From positions 1 to 64,000 of the forward strand of contig JBGAIQ010000001.1 of NCBI GenBank assembly GCA_044225365.1: a stretch of DNA of 64,000 nt, written 5' to 3'. The position numbers were made by a program, and so were the translations under genes. This document shows positions 8,780-19,388 of the stretch, one piece after another; position 1 is the stretch's first letter, and every line of letters begins with the position of its first letter. The notes below the pieces were generated by a model. It saw only the letters and a program-made list of their open reading frames with translations. It was not told the origin of the DNA and ran no database searches. Origin of the DNA: Planctomycetota bacterium (lineage in GTDB: Bacteria > Planctomycetota > B15-G4 > JADJEK01).

Positions 8780-11700
8780 TCAGCGCGCGGCGGCGGCGAG
8801 TTCGGCCGTCGCGGCCTTCGCCCTGCGTTCGAGCCCGAGCCCTTGAAGGAGCGCGCAGCGGAATTCGTGGGCGACGACGCCGCTATTCAGCGCGAGCGCG
8901 TCGCTCTCCAGTCGATCGGCGTAGGTACTTGGTGTCGAACCTACCGGACGCGTCGCGGCGAAGCGTTCGCCCAATCGTTTCGCGAGATCACGGGAATCCT
9001 GATTCGCCGGCGCGAGGAGGGTGAGTCGAAGTGCGCGCGTGAGTGCGTTCGCCGCGTCCTTCGTCGAATCCTTCGGGTCGGCGAGGAGATGAGCGCTGGC
9101 GGCATCGACGAGCGCGCGTGCGCGGTCGAGATCTTCCGCCGTAAAGAATGCGATCCGTTCGAGCGTTCGCGCGCGGTCCGCCTCGCGTCCACTCGCGTGA
9201 TACACCTCCGCGAGTCGAGTGAGCACGTCGTGGTAGCCGTAGGCCTCGAAGTAGACGTCCTTCGAGACCGGGAACGCGTTCTCGTAGTCGGCGATGGCGG
9301 CGTCCTGTTTCCCGAGGGCGAGTTCGATGTCACCGCGGTTCGCGAACAGCACCGTCGTCGGGAAACGCGAGATCGCTTCATTGGCGGCAACGAGCGCCTC
9401 TTCGAGCCGACCCTCGGCGAGCAGCACGCGTCCAAGGAAGTCGTAGTACGACGGCGCCTCGGGGAGTGCGGCGTGGTAGGCGTCGAGGTGGGTGTGGGCG
9501 AGCGCGAAGTCCTTCGTGGCGAGGGCGATCTCGATGATACGAAGTTGAACGCGTGCGGTGACCGCGGCGGCAGCGCCTGTCGGGATCGACCGTTCCGCGA
9601 CGGCGATCAGCTCGGCGATCGGGATCGAATGCGCGCCGACGCGCAACAGTTTCGGGTCTTCAGGATCACGGAGCTTCCCGAAGAGTCCGATGTCGAGGCG
9701 AATGACGCCGTCGAGGATGAGCAGGGCGCGCCCCCGATCGCCGATCTCGAATTCGAGTTCTGCGGCGAGCAGGCCGAGACGTCGCGGCAGCGCGCCGAAG
9801 GGGTCGAGTTCGAGCGCGCGCCGCGCTGCGTCGAGTGCCCCCTGGCGATCGTCGACACCGATGCGGAGTCGCGCGAGCGATTCGTGGAGGTCTGGTCGGA
9901 GCGGCGCGATCTTCAGCGCGGCATCGAGCATGTCCCGCGCGGGGAGTCGCTTCCCCGCCCGGAAGTAGGTCATCGCCAGATCGAGTCGGAGATCGGTGTC
10001 GAAGGGCGTAAGCGCGACCGCGGACTCGAACGAGTCGATCGCCCGGGGCAGCATCTTCTGGCGACCGAACTCCCGCGCTCGCTCCGCATGAGCATCCGAG
10101 AGTCCGAGCAGGAGCGCGATGGGACCGAGCACGGCGGCCGTCGTGAGCGCCGGCCACGACCATTTCGCCATGGCTTCGCCGTCCCTTCGTCGTGAGGTCA
10201 GTGCTCCGATCATCGCGACATCGATTGGCAGGCACGAAGGGATCAACGTCGAGAGTGCATCGCCCATGTCGATCGTGTTGGTGAGGAGTTGCGCGACGAG
10301 CGCGAGGAGCGCGGCACGCATCAGCGCCCGATCCCATGTATCGGGTTCCGCGGAGCGATGCACGTCCTTGGCGCTCAGGACGCACGCGACGAGCAGTAGG
10401 AGGAAGGCCAAGAGGCCGGCGATCCCACAGCCTTCGAAGACGGCGATCGCAAGACAGTGCGGGTGGTCCGACGAACTCTCGCCCTCGAAGTTGGTGCGCG
10501 GCGTGAACTCGCCCTGGCGGAAGTAGCACAGCGGTCCCTGACCGAGCCAGGGCCGATCGAGCGCGGCACTCCAGCCGACGCTCATCCGGAAACCGCGGTG
10601 GTCGAAGTTCTCGGACGCATGCCGGAGTTTCATCACCTTCGATTTCAGGGGCGGGATCGTGAGTGTGCCGATGACGAGTGCGGCGATCGTGACCAGGAGG
10701 GCGAAAACGGCGCGCTTCGCGTGGCGCGGCTGCAGGGCGATGCGCGCGACGAGCGGCAGCACGAACGCCGCGGTCGTGGCGAGGATCGCGAGTCGCGACG
10801 CGGTAAGAAGGAGGATGGCTGCAACGACGGGAAGCGTGAGGCGTGCGAGGAGTCGCAAGGACCGCGGTGGCCCTTCGTCCGCACGGAAGGGATGGAATGC
10901 GAGCGTCCCCGCAACGACGACGGCGGCACCGAACCACGGGGCGAGCAGGTTCGGGTGTCGCGAGAACAGCGAGAGTTCGCTGCCGAACACATCGACGTGC
11001 AGGCCTGCTGTTCCGCTCGCGAGGAGGAGCTTCGCCCAGACGGCGAGGGCCGAAACGAAGAGGGTCGTCACGAGCAGTGATCCGAGTGCGATGCCGACTC
11101 CGACGCGACCTTCGGTGAGCACGACGAAAGCCGCGACGACTAGCGCGGTGACGCGAATCCCACCGGGCAGACTCGTTCCGGGATCCGCGCCGAGCGCGCT
11201 CGACACGAGGTAGACCAGCAGCAGGCCGAGCAGCGCGACGCGGATGCGGCGCGTCGCCGGGGTTGCCTCGTTCTGCGGCGGAGACGCCGCAAGAGCGATC
11301 ACCGCAATGGCGAGCATGAGCCACGGCGGAGTTCCGAGCGGCAGTCCCTCGAGGGTGAGCGACGGGACGAGGAGCGCGATCGCCGCGGAGCGGGGGGCGA
11401 TCTTCGATCCAATCGCGATGGCGATGAACGCCGCGATCGCCGCGCCTCCGAGCGCCGCGAGTCCCTCGAATCCCGGAGGGCGACCGATCGTGAACAGATT
11501 CACGTCGAGCGGGGCGGTCGCGCCCGCTGCGGCCGCGACCGCCGTCGTGGCGAGGACGAGCGAGAGCATCGCCAGGAGGTGCGAGCCGGGGATCGCACCT
11601 CGCGGCGCGCGCACGATCATGAAGAGTGCTGCGGCGAGCCCCGCGGACAGCGTCCACCCGGCCGCGGCCGCTCCACCGCCGGCGTTCGGAGCCGTGCTGT

Positions 11701-11833
11701 CCCGGAACAGCACGATCGCGAGCGCGACCGCAGCGATCAACGCGGCGAGGGCCGGCGCGCCGAGGCTAGGGCCTGGATCCAACGGGATCGCAGTGCGCGG
11801 CAGGGGCGAGCTGGAGTTCTGGGCGTCGGGCAT
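8780..11833 (-). CDS. O-antigen ligase / Wzy_C-family membrane protein with C-terminal TPR array
   Basis: Many TM segments, HPNLLA, LLTASR, R..W..ALDRPWLGQG, DHPHC..AVFEGCGIAG, then repeated TPR-like helices. Start taken at MPDAQ. Confidence 0.8.
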   Translation of the reverse strand: MPDAQNSSSPLPRTAIPLDPGPSLGAPALAALIAAVALAIVLFRDSTAPNAGGGAAAAGWTLSAGLAAALFMIVRAPRGAIPGSHLLAMLSLVLATTAVAAAAGATAPLDVNLFTIGRPPGFEGLAALGGAAIAAFIAIAIGSKIAPRSAAIALLVPSLTLEGLPLGTPPWLMLAIAVIALAASPPQNEATPATRRIRVALLGLLLVYLVSSALGADPGTSLPGGIRVTALVVAAFVVLTEGRVGVGIALGSLLVTTLFVSALAVWAKLLLASGTAGLHVDVFGSELSLFSRHPNLLAPWFGAAVVVAGTLAFHPFRADEGPPRSLRLLARLTLPVVAAILLLTASRLAILATTAAFVLPLVARIALQPRHAKRAVFALLVTIAALVIGTLTIPPLKSKVMKLRHASENFDHRGFRMSVGWSAALDRPWLGQGPLCYFRQGEFTPRTNFEGESSSDHPHCLAIAVFEGCGIAGLLAFLLLLVACVLSAKDVHRSAEPDTWDRALMRAALLALVAQLLTNTIDMGDALSTLIPSCLPIDVAMIGALTSRRRDGEAMAKWSWPALTTAAVLGPIALLLGLSDAHAERAREFGRQKMLPRAIDSFESAVALTPFDTDLRLDLAMTYFRAGKRLPARDMLDAALKIAPLRPDLHESLARLRIGVDDRQGALDAARRALELDPFGALPRRLGLLAAELEFEIGDRGRALLILDGVIRLDIGLFGKLRDPEDPKLLRVGAHSIPIAELIAVAERSIPTGAAAAVTARVQLRIIEIALATKDFALAHTHLDAYHAALPEAPSYYDFLGRVLLAEGRLEEALVAANEAISRFPTTVLFANRGDIELALGKQDAAIADYENAFPVSKDVYFEAYGYHDVLTRLAEVYHASGREADRARTLERIAFFTAEDLDRARALVDAASAHLLADPKDSTKDAANALTRALRLTLLAPANQDSRDLAKRLGERFAATRPVGSTPSTYADRLESDALALNSGVVAHEFRCALLQGLGLERRAKAATAELAAAAR

Positions 11834-11944
11834 CGATCGTGGTTCTCGGCTCAAGATCCTGGAACGGAACGGAGACGGCGGTCGGCGGAGGTGAATCGAA
11901 AGGGCGGAATCGTGCGGAATGATCTCTTCGGAAGCGGGCGACAG

Positions 11945-11973
11945 TTGTTTCAGCCCTTGCAGGTCCGTAACTT
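11945..11973 (+). promoter_or_regulatory. Putative sigma70 promoter of the lipoprotein gene
   Basis: TTGTTT-N17-TAACTT about 40 bp upstream of ATG 12014. Confidence 0.35.
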
Positions 11974-12013
11974 TACCGACGTCGATGGCGGTTCCGTTCA
12001 TGGGCGAGGTGTT

Positions 12014-12379
12014 ATGAATCGTGCATTCAAGTTCTGTTCTTCGTTGGTCGTCGCTGCGGCGGCGCTCGCAGGCTGTAGTTTCGAGCACGCGGCAGCGGTC
12101 GATTACGACCACATGGTGAAGGTGAAGGACGGCTACACGATCGTCGGCTACGTCCACGCCGAGACCTGGACGCCCGCCGTGTTCTATGTGTTCCCGATCC
12201 TGCCGTTCCAGAACGCCGACAAGGCGTCGAGCATGGCGCTCGCGAAGGCGCAGAACGCCTTCAACGCCGACGGTTTGATGGATCTGCAGATCCACACGGA
12301 CACCCATATGTGGTTCTTTCCGTTCGGATGGGTCGAGAATCACGTTTCGGCGACGGCGATCGCGAACGGCGGCAAGTAA
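12014..12379 (+). CDS. Small lipoprotein (YbjQ/TRL-like fold suspected)
   Basis: RBS GAGG, signal peptide with lipobox LAGC, pattern ALAKAQ...ADGLMDLQI...VSATAI. Confidence 0.75.
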   Translation: MNRAFKFCSSLVVAAAALAGCSFEHAAAVDYDHMVKVKDGYTIVGYVHAETWTPAVFYVFPILPFQNADKASSMALAKAQNAFNADGLMDLQIHTDTHMWFFPFGWVENHVSATAIANGGK

Positions 12380-12509
12380 GCCCGACACGATCGACGCGGA
12401 AGGCAAGGCCGGCGCGCGGTGACGTCGCTGCGCCCAAGGGCGAGCCGTCCGATCTCGTTTCGCCATCGACTTGCAGTTCGCCTTTTCGAGTCGAGGTCGT
12501 GAGTCGCCG

Positions 12510-13631
12510 TTGCGAATCCTCCAGTTCCTGACCCACGATCGGATCGAGTCGGGTGGGGCCCAGCAGGCCTTCCTCCTCGCTCGGGAGCTGGTGCGCCGCG
12601 GTCACGCCGTGACGGTCGCGATGGGGATCGACGAGCGGTCGATCGAAGCCGACACCCGCGCGAAGATCGAAGGAGCGGGGTGCGAGTGCGTGGGGATCCC
12701 GGTGCGGGGGTTCGCTGCGTTCCTGCGTGCGACGAAGGCCATCGAACGTGTCGGACGGCGGGTCGACGTCGTGCATCTCCATCGTGAGCACGCGCTCGCG
12801 AGATTCGTCGCCGCGGAGAAGAGGGTCCCGAATCTCGCCGCGGTCGCGAACATCGGCACCAGCACGAAGCCGAATCGAGCGCATGCAGCACGCCTTGCTC
12901 ATCCACGGATCCATCGGGTCGTGTGCGTCGCCGAGGCGTTGCGGGAGATGATCATCGACACCGCAGGCGTCTCCGAGGAACGCGCGATCACGGTGCATGG
13001 TGCTTTCGACGAGGATCGCTTCGACGAGCGCGCGACACCGCGGCGCGCCTCCGAACTCGGAGCGCCCGAGGGCAGCAGGATCGTCGGTGTCGTAGCGAAT
13101 CTCGACAACAAGAAGGGTCATCGCCGCTTCCTGGAGGCGGCGAAGATCGTGCTCTCGCGGTATCCCGATACGTACTTCGCGTGGGCCGGCGCGGGCGACA
13201 TCGATGGCTTGAAAGCGATGGCGCGCGAGATCGGTCGCGACGTATTCGATCACCTCTTGGCGCTCGGCTTTCGCGAGGACGTGCCGTCGGTGTTGCGCTG
13301 TTTCGATGTGTCGGTCAGCGCGTCGACCCGCGGCGAAGGGCTATCCGGCGCGATGCGGGAGTCGCTCGCGATGGGCGTGCCCGTGGTGTGTACCGACGTC
13401 GGCGGGAATCGAGAGATCGTGCGGGATGGGGAGACCGGTCGGCTGGTCCCGCCGCGCGATTCGGCGGCGCTGGCCAACGCGATCTGCGATCTCTTGGAGC
13501 ACCGCGATGCGGCGCTCGCGATGGCCTCGCGCGGTCGCGCCGAAGTTCGCGCCCGCTTCGGCTGCCGCGCGCGCGCGGCGAAGATGGAAACGGTCTATGC
13601 GGCGGTGATCGCGGAACTCAGGAACCGCTGA
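12510..13631 (+). CDS. Glycosyltransferase family 4
   Basis: RILQFL...SGGAQQ, ANLDNKKGH, GEGLSGAMRESLAMGVPVVCTDVGGNREIV. TTG start assumed. Confidence 0.9.
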   Translation: MRILQFLTHDRIESGGAQQAFLLARELVRRGHAVTVAMGIDERSIEADTRAKIEGAGCECVGIPVRGFAAFLRATKAIERVGRRVDVVHLHREHALARFVAAEKRVPNLAAVANIGTSTKPNRAHAARLAHPRIHRVVCVAEALREMIIDTAGVSEERAITVHGAFDEDRFDERATPRRASELGAPEGSRIVGVVANLDNKKGHRRFLEAAKIVLSRYPDTYFAWAGAGDIDGLKAMAREIGRDVFDHLLALGFREDVPSVLRCFDVSVSASTRGEGLSGAMRESLAMGVPVVCTDVGGNREIVRDGETGRLVPPRDSAALANAICDLLEHRDAALAMASRGRAEVRARFGCRARAAKMETVYAAVIAELRNR

Positions 13632-15099
13632 CGACCGTTGCGAACCAGTTGGGCGCGACACCGAACCAAAGGGTCGCGATGACGGCGGCGGCGGAGACGA
13701 GTGCGAGCAGCGCGTCGCCGCGTGGAGCGAGCGAGCCTTCCGCGCCCTTCTCGGAGTACATCACGAGCAGGAGCCGCAGGTAGTAGAACAGGCCGATCAC
13801 CGAAGCGATCACGCCCGCGACCGCGAGTCCGATCTGGCCCGCCGAGACCGCGGCTTCGAAGAGGTAGAACTTGCCGACGAATCCGGCGGTCGGAGGCAGG
13901 CCCGCGAGGGCGAGTGCGAAGACCGCCATCGACGCTGCCAGCATCGGTCGCTCGCGGCCGAGACCGGAGAGATCCGACACGCGCTCCCGATCCATCCCGC
14001 GATCGGCGACGAGGATCACGGCGAAGGCGCCGAGATTCATCACCGCATACACGGCGAGGTAGTACAGCACGGCCGTCGTCGGATCGATCTGGCCGGGATG
14101 ATCACCGCGGCCCGCCGTGGCGACAGCGGTTGCGACGCCGATCAACATGTAGCCGGCGTGTGCGATCGACGAGTACGCGAGCAGTCGCTTCAGGTTGTCC
14201 TGTCGCAAGGCGCCGAGGTTGCCGACGAACATCGTGAGGATCGCAACGCCGCCGATGAGTTGGGCGCCGAGCGCGCGTCCGAACGATTCGGCGATCACCG
14301 GCGCGGAACGCAGCAACGCGATGAAGACAGCAGCCTTTGTCGCCGTCGCCATGAAGGCCGTGACGGGAGTGGGGGAGCCCTCGTAGACGTCCGGCGACCA
14401 CATGTGGAAGGGCGCGGCGCCCACCTTGAACAACATGCCGACGAGGAACAAGGAGGCGCCCAGGGCAGCGATTCCGTTGCCGCCGCCATGCGTGAGTCGA
14501 TGGATCTCCGGAGCGAGACCGGAGAGCGACGTCGTTCCGCCCGCGGCATACCAGAGCGCCATGCCGAACAGCAGGAACGCGCTCGCGAACGCGCCGAGCA
14601 GCAGGTACTTCATGCCCGCTTCGACGGAGCGCTCGGACTTGAGGCGCATCGACGCCAGGACGTAGAGCGGGACCGAGAGGATCTCGATGCCGAGGAAGAC
14701 GCACACGAGATCGTTCGAGCAGGCGAGCATCGCCATGCCCGCGGCGCTGAATTGGATGAGCGCGTAGTACTCGTTCTGATCGATGTCCGGCCGGCGATCG
14801 AGGTAGAGCTTGGACAGCAGCGTCGCAAACAGCGCAGAGCCGTGGATCACGAGTCCCGCGATGAGCGCCGCGTGATCGATCTCGAGCATGCCGGAGAACG
14901 CGAGGCCCTGTTGCCTACCCTGCACGAACAACGCGGTGTAGACGAACGACAAGAGCGACCCGAGCACTCCGAGGAAGAACGAACCCTCGAAGCGACGCGC
15001 ACCGGGCAGCGTGTCCATCAGCAGCAGAATGAGTCCCGCCAGGGTGGGGACGATCACGAAACCGGCGAGCGACATGTCGTGAAGCACTGTGGGCTCCAT
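13618..15099 (-). CDS. nuoN: NADH-quinone oxidoreductase subunit N
   Basis: EAGMKYLLLGAFAS, FKVGAAPFHMWSPDVYEGSP, KRLLAYSSIAHAGY. Confidence 0.97.
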   Translation of the reverse strand: MEPTVLHDMSLAGFVIVPTLAGLILLLMDTLPGARRFEGSFFLGVLGSLLSFVYTALFVQGRQQGLAFSGMLEIDHAALIAGLVIHGSALFATLLSKLYLDRRPDIDQNEYYALIQFSAAGMAMLACSNDLVCVFLGIEILSVPLYVLASMRLKSERSVEAGMKYLLLGAFASAFLLFGMALWYAAGGTTSLSGLAPEIHRLTHGGGNGIAALGASLFLVGMLFKVGAAPFHMWSPDVYEGSPTPVTAFMATATKAAVFIALLRSAPVIAESFGRALGAQLIGGVAILTMFVGNLGALRQDNLKRLLAYSSIAHAGYMLIGVATAVATAGRGDHPGQIDPTTAVLYYLAVYAVMNLGAFAVILVADRGMDRERVSDLSGLGRERPMLAASMAVFALALAGLPPTAGFVGKFYLFEAAVSAGQIGLAVAGVIASVIGLFYYLRLLLVMYSEKGAEGSLAPRGDALLALVSAAAVIATLWFGVAPNWFATVVSGS

Positions 15100-15118
15100 C
15101 CTTCGGAAAAGTCTGTTT

Positions 15119-16594
15119 TCAGCTACCGGCGAGAGGCTTCAGGACGAGGTCGACGGCCGGACCGATCCGGTCGAGCAGATACCCCGGCGAAAGGCCGATC
15201 CAGAACATCAGGGCGAGGAGTGGCAGGAAGGCCAGCTTCTCCGAGAACGTGAGATCCGTGAGGTGCGCGGCTTCGTCGGTGGTCGGCTTGCCGTAGCAAA
15301 CGCGACGCACCATCTGGAGCATGTAGATCGCGCCGAGGAGGATTCCGAGCGAGGTCAGCGCCGCGACCCACGGCAACGACTGGAACGTGCCGATCACGAT
15401 CATGAACTCGCCGACGAATCCGTTGAGACCCGGCAGGCCGATCGACGACATCGACGTGACGATCAGCGCGACGGCCGCGGCGGGCGCGATCTTCGCGAGG
15501 CCGCCGAAGTCATCGAGACCGCGCTTGTGACGTCGTTCGTAGATCGCGCCGACGAGGAGGAAGAGCGCGCCCGTCGAGATGCCGTGGTTCAGCATCTGAA
15601 GCACGGCGCCGCGCACGGCGACCGCGTTCATCGAGAACACACCGACCATCACGAAACCCATGTGCGCCACGGAAGAGCAGGCGACGAGCTTCTTCAAGTC
15701 GTTCTGCGCCCACGCGAGATAGCTGCCGTAGATCACGCCGATGACGGCGAGCGCGATGAGCACCGGCGCGAAGGTTTTCGCCGCGATCGGCATGAGCGGC
15801 ATCGCGAAGCGGATGAAACCGTAGCCGCCAAGCTTCAGCATGATCGCGGCGAGGATGATCGAGCCGCCCGTGGGCGCCTGGACGTGCGCGTCCGGCAACC
15901 AGGTGTGGACCGGGAACATCGGAACCTTGATCGCGAATGCCGCGGCGAATCCGAGGAAGCACCAGAACTGCGCTGCCGGAGGCAAGGGCTGCGAGAGCAG
16001 GGCGGAGTAGGCCGCCGACCAGGTGCCGGCCACCTCGCGGTGGTGCCACAGCATGTAGAGGATGGCGACGAGCATCGGCAGCGAACCCGCGGCCGTGAAC
16101 AGGAAGAATTTGAACGCCGCGTAGACCCGGCGCTCGCCACCCCAGATCCCGATCAGGAAGTAGAGGGGCACCAGCGTGAGTTCGAAGAACACGTAGAACA
16201 GCACGAGGTCCGTCGCCGCGAACACGCCGACCATGCCGACCTCCATCAGGAGGAGCAGGACGAGGTATTCCTTCAGGTTCTCGCCGATGTGCTTCGTCGT
16301 GACGACGACGATCGGGACCACGAGGCACGCGAGCACGATGAGCGGCGCGCTGATGCCGTCGACCCCGAGCGAGAAGTGGATCCCGAAGGCGGCGAAGAGC
16401 GACTGCGTTTCAACGAAGTCGAAGGCGCCATCCGCTCGCAGCAGCATGATCTTCAGCGACGCCGCGAGGTTGATGAGGCCGAACAGAAGGGTCGCGCCCC
16501 GGAGCGCCGACGAGTTCGACCGCGGCAGCAGCGCGACCACGATCGCGCCGAGCAGTGGCAGGAACGTCAAAAGGGAGAGGATGCCGAAGTCCAA
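15119..16594 (-). CDS. nuoM: NADH-quinone oxidoreductase subunit M
   Basis: FYVFFELTLVPLYFLIGIWG, IKVPMFPVHTWLPDAH, GLPGLNGFVGEF. TTG start with AAGGAG RBS. Confidence 0.97.
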   Translation of the reverse strand: MDFGILSLLTFLPLLGAIVVALLPRSNSSALRGATLLFGLINLAASLKIMLLRADGAFDFVETQSLFAAFGIHFSLGVDGISAPLIVLACLVVPIVVVTTKHIGENLKEYLVLLLLMEVGMVGVFAATDLVLFYVFFELTLVPLYFLIGIWGGERRVYAAFKFFLFTAAGSLPMLVAILYMLWHHREVAGTWSAAYSALLSQPLPPAAQFWCFLGFAAAFAIKVPMFPVHTWLPDAHVQAPTGGSIILAAIMLKLGGYGFIRFAMPLMPIAAKTFAPVLIALAVIGVIYGSYLAWAQNDLKKLVACSSVAHMGFVMVGVFSMNAVAVRGAVLQMLNHGISTGALFLLVGAIYERRHKRGLDDFGGLAKIAPAAAVALIVTSMSSIGLPGLNGFVGEFMIVIGTFQSLPWVAALTSLGILLGAIYMLQMVRRVCYGKPTTDEAAHLTDLTFSEKLAFLPLLALMFWIGLSPGYLLDRIGPAVDLVLKPLAGS

Positions 16595-16616
16595 CGTAGC
16601 TCCTTCCGAATCCGCT

Positions 16617-18536
16617 TCAGAGCAATACGAGCGCCAGGAATGCGGCGCCGGCGACGAACAGCAGGGCATACGCGTGCACCGTGCCGTTCTGTGCGCCCCG
16701 AATCACACGGCCGAAATTGTCTGCGAGGCGAGCGATGCCGTTCACGAGTCCGTCGATCACGTAGCGATCGAAGAAGCCCGAGAGCAGTGCGAGCACGCGC
16801 ATCGGTCCGACGACGACCATCGCGTAGATCTCGTCGACGAACCACTTGTTCTCCATGGCGTAGGCCATGCCCGCCGTTGCCGGCTTGGCCTCCTCGCCCG
16901 GACCATCGAGGTACTTCTTGAATCCCCACGACGCGCCGCCGATCGCGATCACGGCTCCGAGGAGGAGCAGCGCGATCTCGGTCGAGTGCGGGGCTTCGTG
17001 ATGCTCGCCGAGTACTTTCATCGCCGGGGCGAAGATCGACTCGAGGTAGTGACCGAGCGAGTCCGGCATGCCGAGCGGCAACGAGAGTCCGCCGCCGACG
17101 ATCGCGAGGAGCATCAGGATCTGCAGCGGCCCGGTGATGCTCGCCGGGGACTCGTGCAGATGCTCCTTCGTGTGGTGATCGAGTCGCTCGGGCGACGCGA
17201 AGACCAGCGTGTAGAGCCGGAACGTGTAGTACGCCGTCATGAGCGCGGTGATGAGGCCGATGACGCCGAGCGCGAAGTAGAGCCGATGCCCGGAGGTGAG
17301 CGCATCGCCCAGGATCTTGTCCTTCGAGAAGAACCCGGCGAGCGGCGGAACTCCTGCGAGCGCGAGGCAGCCGACAAGGAACGTCCGGTGCGTCGTCGGC
17401 AGCAATTTCTTCAGGCCGCCCATCTTCATCGCGTCCTGCTCGTGATGCAGCGCGTGGATCACCGAGCCGGCACCGAGGAAGAGCAGCGCCTTGAAGAACG
17501 CGTGGGTGATGACGTGGAAGACTGCGGCCGAATACGCGCCGATGCCGAGCCCGAGGAACATGTATCCGAGCTGCGAGACGGTCGAGTAGGCGAGCACCTT
17601 CTTGATGTCGCGCTGGCGCAGGGCGATCGTTGCGGCGAACAGCGCCGTGAGTCCGCCGACGACGGCGACCGTCGCGCTTGCGGTGGGGGAGAGGGCGTAG
17701 AACACCGAGAGGCGCGCGACCATGTAGATGCCGGCGGTCACCATCGTGGCGGCATGGATGAGGGCCGACACCGGAGTCGGACCCGCCATCGCGTCGGGGA
17801 GCCACACGTAGAGTGGGAGCTGGGCCGACTTGCCGCAGGCGCCGACGAAGAGCAGCAACGCGATCGCGGTGACGGTCGGATTGCCGGAGACCAGCGTGCC
17901 GGCATCGACGCGCCGCACGACTTCGGCGATCACGTCGGCGATCCGCATCGACCCGAATTCCTTGAAGATCAGCGCCATGCCGAGCAGGAATCCGAGGTCG
18001 CCGATGCGATTGACGACGAACGCCTTCTGGCCCGCCTTCGCGTTCTCCATGTCGGAGAACCAGAAGCCGATCAGCAGGTACGAGCAGAGACCGACGCCTT
18101 CCCAACCGAGGAACATCACGGGCAGCGTGTCGCCGAGCACGAGCGCGAGCATCGAGCCGACGAACAGGTTCAGGTAGATGAAGAACCGCGTGAATCCGTC
18201 GTCGCCCTTCATGTACCCCGTCGAGTACACGTGGATCAGGAAGCCGATGCCGGTGATGAAGAGCGTCCAGGTGAGCGACAGCGCGTCGGCTCGGAATGCG
18301 AAGTCGACACTGAAGTTGCCGACCGCGGGCATCCAGCGCATGAGCGTCGCGGTCACGACGCCCTCGGCCGGCGTCTGCTTGAACACGAGCACCGTCGCAA
18401 TGAACGGCAGGAGCACCGCGAGGCAGGCGATTCCACCGGCCGCTGCGGGTGCGAGCATCTTCCGCAGCAAGTAGATGAGACCTGCCGACAGGAAAGGTGT
18501 GAGGACGATCGCGAGGACGAGGTTTTCAGGCGTCAT
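16617..18536 (-). CDS. nuoL: NADH-quinone oxidoreductase subunit L
   Basis: GWEGVGLCSYLLIGFW, KSAQLPLYVWLPDAMAGPTPVSALIHAATMV. Confidence 0.97.
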   Translation of the reverse strand: MTPENLVLAIVLTPFLSAGLIYLLRKMLAPAAAGGIACLAVLLPFIATVLVFKQTPAEGVVTATLMRWMPAVGNFSVDFAFRADALSLTWTLFITGIGFLIHVYSTGYMKGDDGFTRFFIYLNLFVGSMLALVLGDTLPVMFLGWEGVGLCSYLLIGFWFSDMENAKAGQKAFVVNRIGDLGFLLGMALIFKEFGSMRIADVIAEVVRRVDAGTLVSGNPTVTAIALLLFVGACGKSAQLPLYVWLPDAMAGPTPVSALIHAATMVTAGIYMVARLSVFYALSPTASATVAVVGGLTALFAATIALRQRDIKKVLAYSTVSQLGYMFLGLGIGAYSAAVFHVITHAFFKALLFLGAGSVIHALHHEQDAMKMGGLKKLLPTTHRTFLVGCLALAGVPPLAGFFSKDKILGDALTSGHRLYFALGVIGLITALMTAYYTFRLYTLVFASPERLDHHTKEHLHESPASITGPLQILMLLAIVGGGLSLPLGMPDSLGHYLESIFAPAMKVLGEHHEAPHSTEIALLLLGAVIAIGGASWGFKKYLDGPGEEAKPATAGMAYAMENKWFVDEIYAMVVVGPMRVLALLSGFFDRYVIDGLVNGIARLADNFGRVIRGAQNGTVHAYALLFVAGAAFLALVLL

Positions 18537-18563
18537 GGGTTCTTGGTTCCTCCGTCCTTCCGA

Positions 18564-18866
18564 TCAACCGCGGAGGCTCGAGAGCTTCTCGGAGTCGAGC
18601 GTCGCCTTGAGGCGGAAGCTCGCGATGATGATCGCGAGACCGACTCCGACCTCGGCCGCGGCGACCGCGACCGAGACGATCGCGAACGCCGAACCGCGGG
18701 CGAGATCGAAGGTGCGCGACGCCGCCACCAGCGCGAGGTTCGCCGCGTTGAGCATGAGCTCGACCGACATGAACATCACGAGCAGGTTGCGGCGGAGGAC
18801 GAACCCCATCGCGCCGATCGAGAACAGGATCGCGGCGAGCACGAGATAGTGCTGTACGGGAATCAA
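18564..18866 (-). CDS. nuoK: NADH-quinone oxidoreductase subunit K
   Basis: RRNLLVMFMSVELMLNAANL, AAAEVGVGLA. Confidence 0.97.
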   Translation of the reverse strand: MIPVQHYLVLAAILFSIGAMGFVLRRNLLVMFMSVELMLNAANLALVAASRTFDLARGSAFAIVSVAVAAAEVGVGLAIIIASFRLKATLDSEKLSSLRG

Positions 18867-19384
18867 GGCATCTCCTCCCCTTGCTCGTTCTCGTAGCGGC
18901 GGCGACCGACGACGATCGCACCGACCATGGCGACGAGCAACAGGATCGAGGCAGCTTCGAAGGGGAACATGTATTCGTTCGCGAAGAGTTTTCCGATCTC
19001 CTTCGCGGTACCGCTGCGCAGCGATTCGCCGGGCGGCGGTCCGTGCGCACCGAGGTAGGCCGCGGTCGCGAAGAGAAGGCCGATCGTCAGCGCCGCGCCG
19101 AGGAGACGTGACACGCCAGGTACGTCACGCGGCTCGACCTCGAGGTTGAGGAGCATGATGACGAAGAGGAAGAGCACCATGATCGCGCCGGCGTAGACGA
19201 GGATCTGAACGGCCGACATGAACGTCGCACCGAGGTTCAGATACAGGCCGCCGACGGCGACGAAGCACATCACGAGGGACATCGCACTCGCGATCGGATT
19301 GCGCAGCGCGACGACTCCGATCGCCGAGACGATCGCAAGCGCCGCGAACACGTAGAAGGCGATGGTGGAGAAGATTGAATCCAT
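18863..19384 (-). CDS. nuoJ: NADH-quinone oxidoreductase subunit J
   Basis: QILVYAGAIMVLFLFVIMLL, PFEAASILLLVAMVGA. Confidence 0.97.
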   Translation of the reverse strand: MDSIFSTIAFYVFAALAIVSAIGVVALRNPIASAMSLVMCFVAVGGLYLNLGATFMSAVQILVYAGAIMVLFLFVIMLLNLEVEPRDVPGVSRLLGAALTIGLLFATAAYLGAHGPPPGESLRSGTAKEIGKLFANEYMFPFEAASILLLVAMVGAIVVGRRRYENEQGEEMP

Positions 19385-19388
19385 CGGA

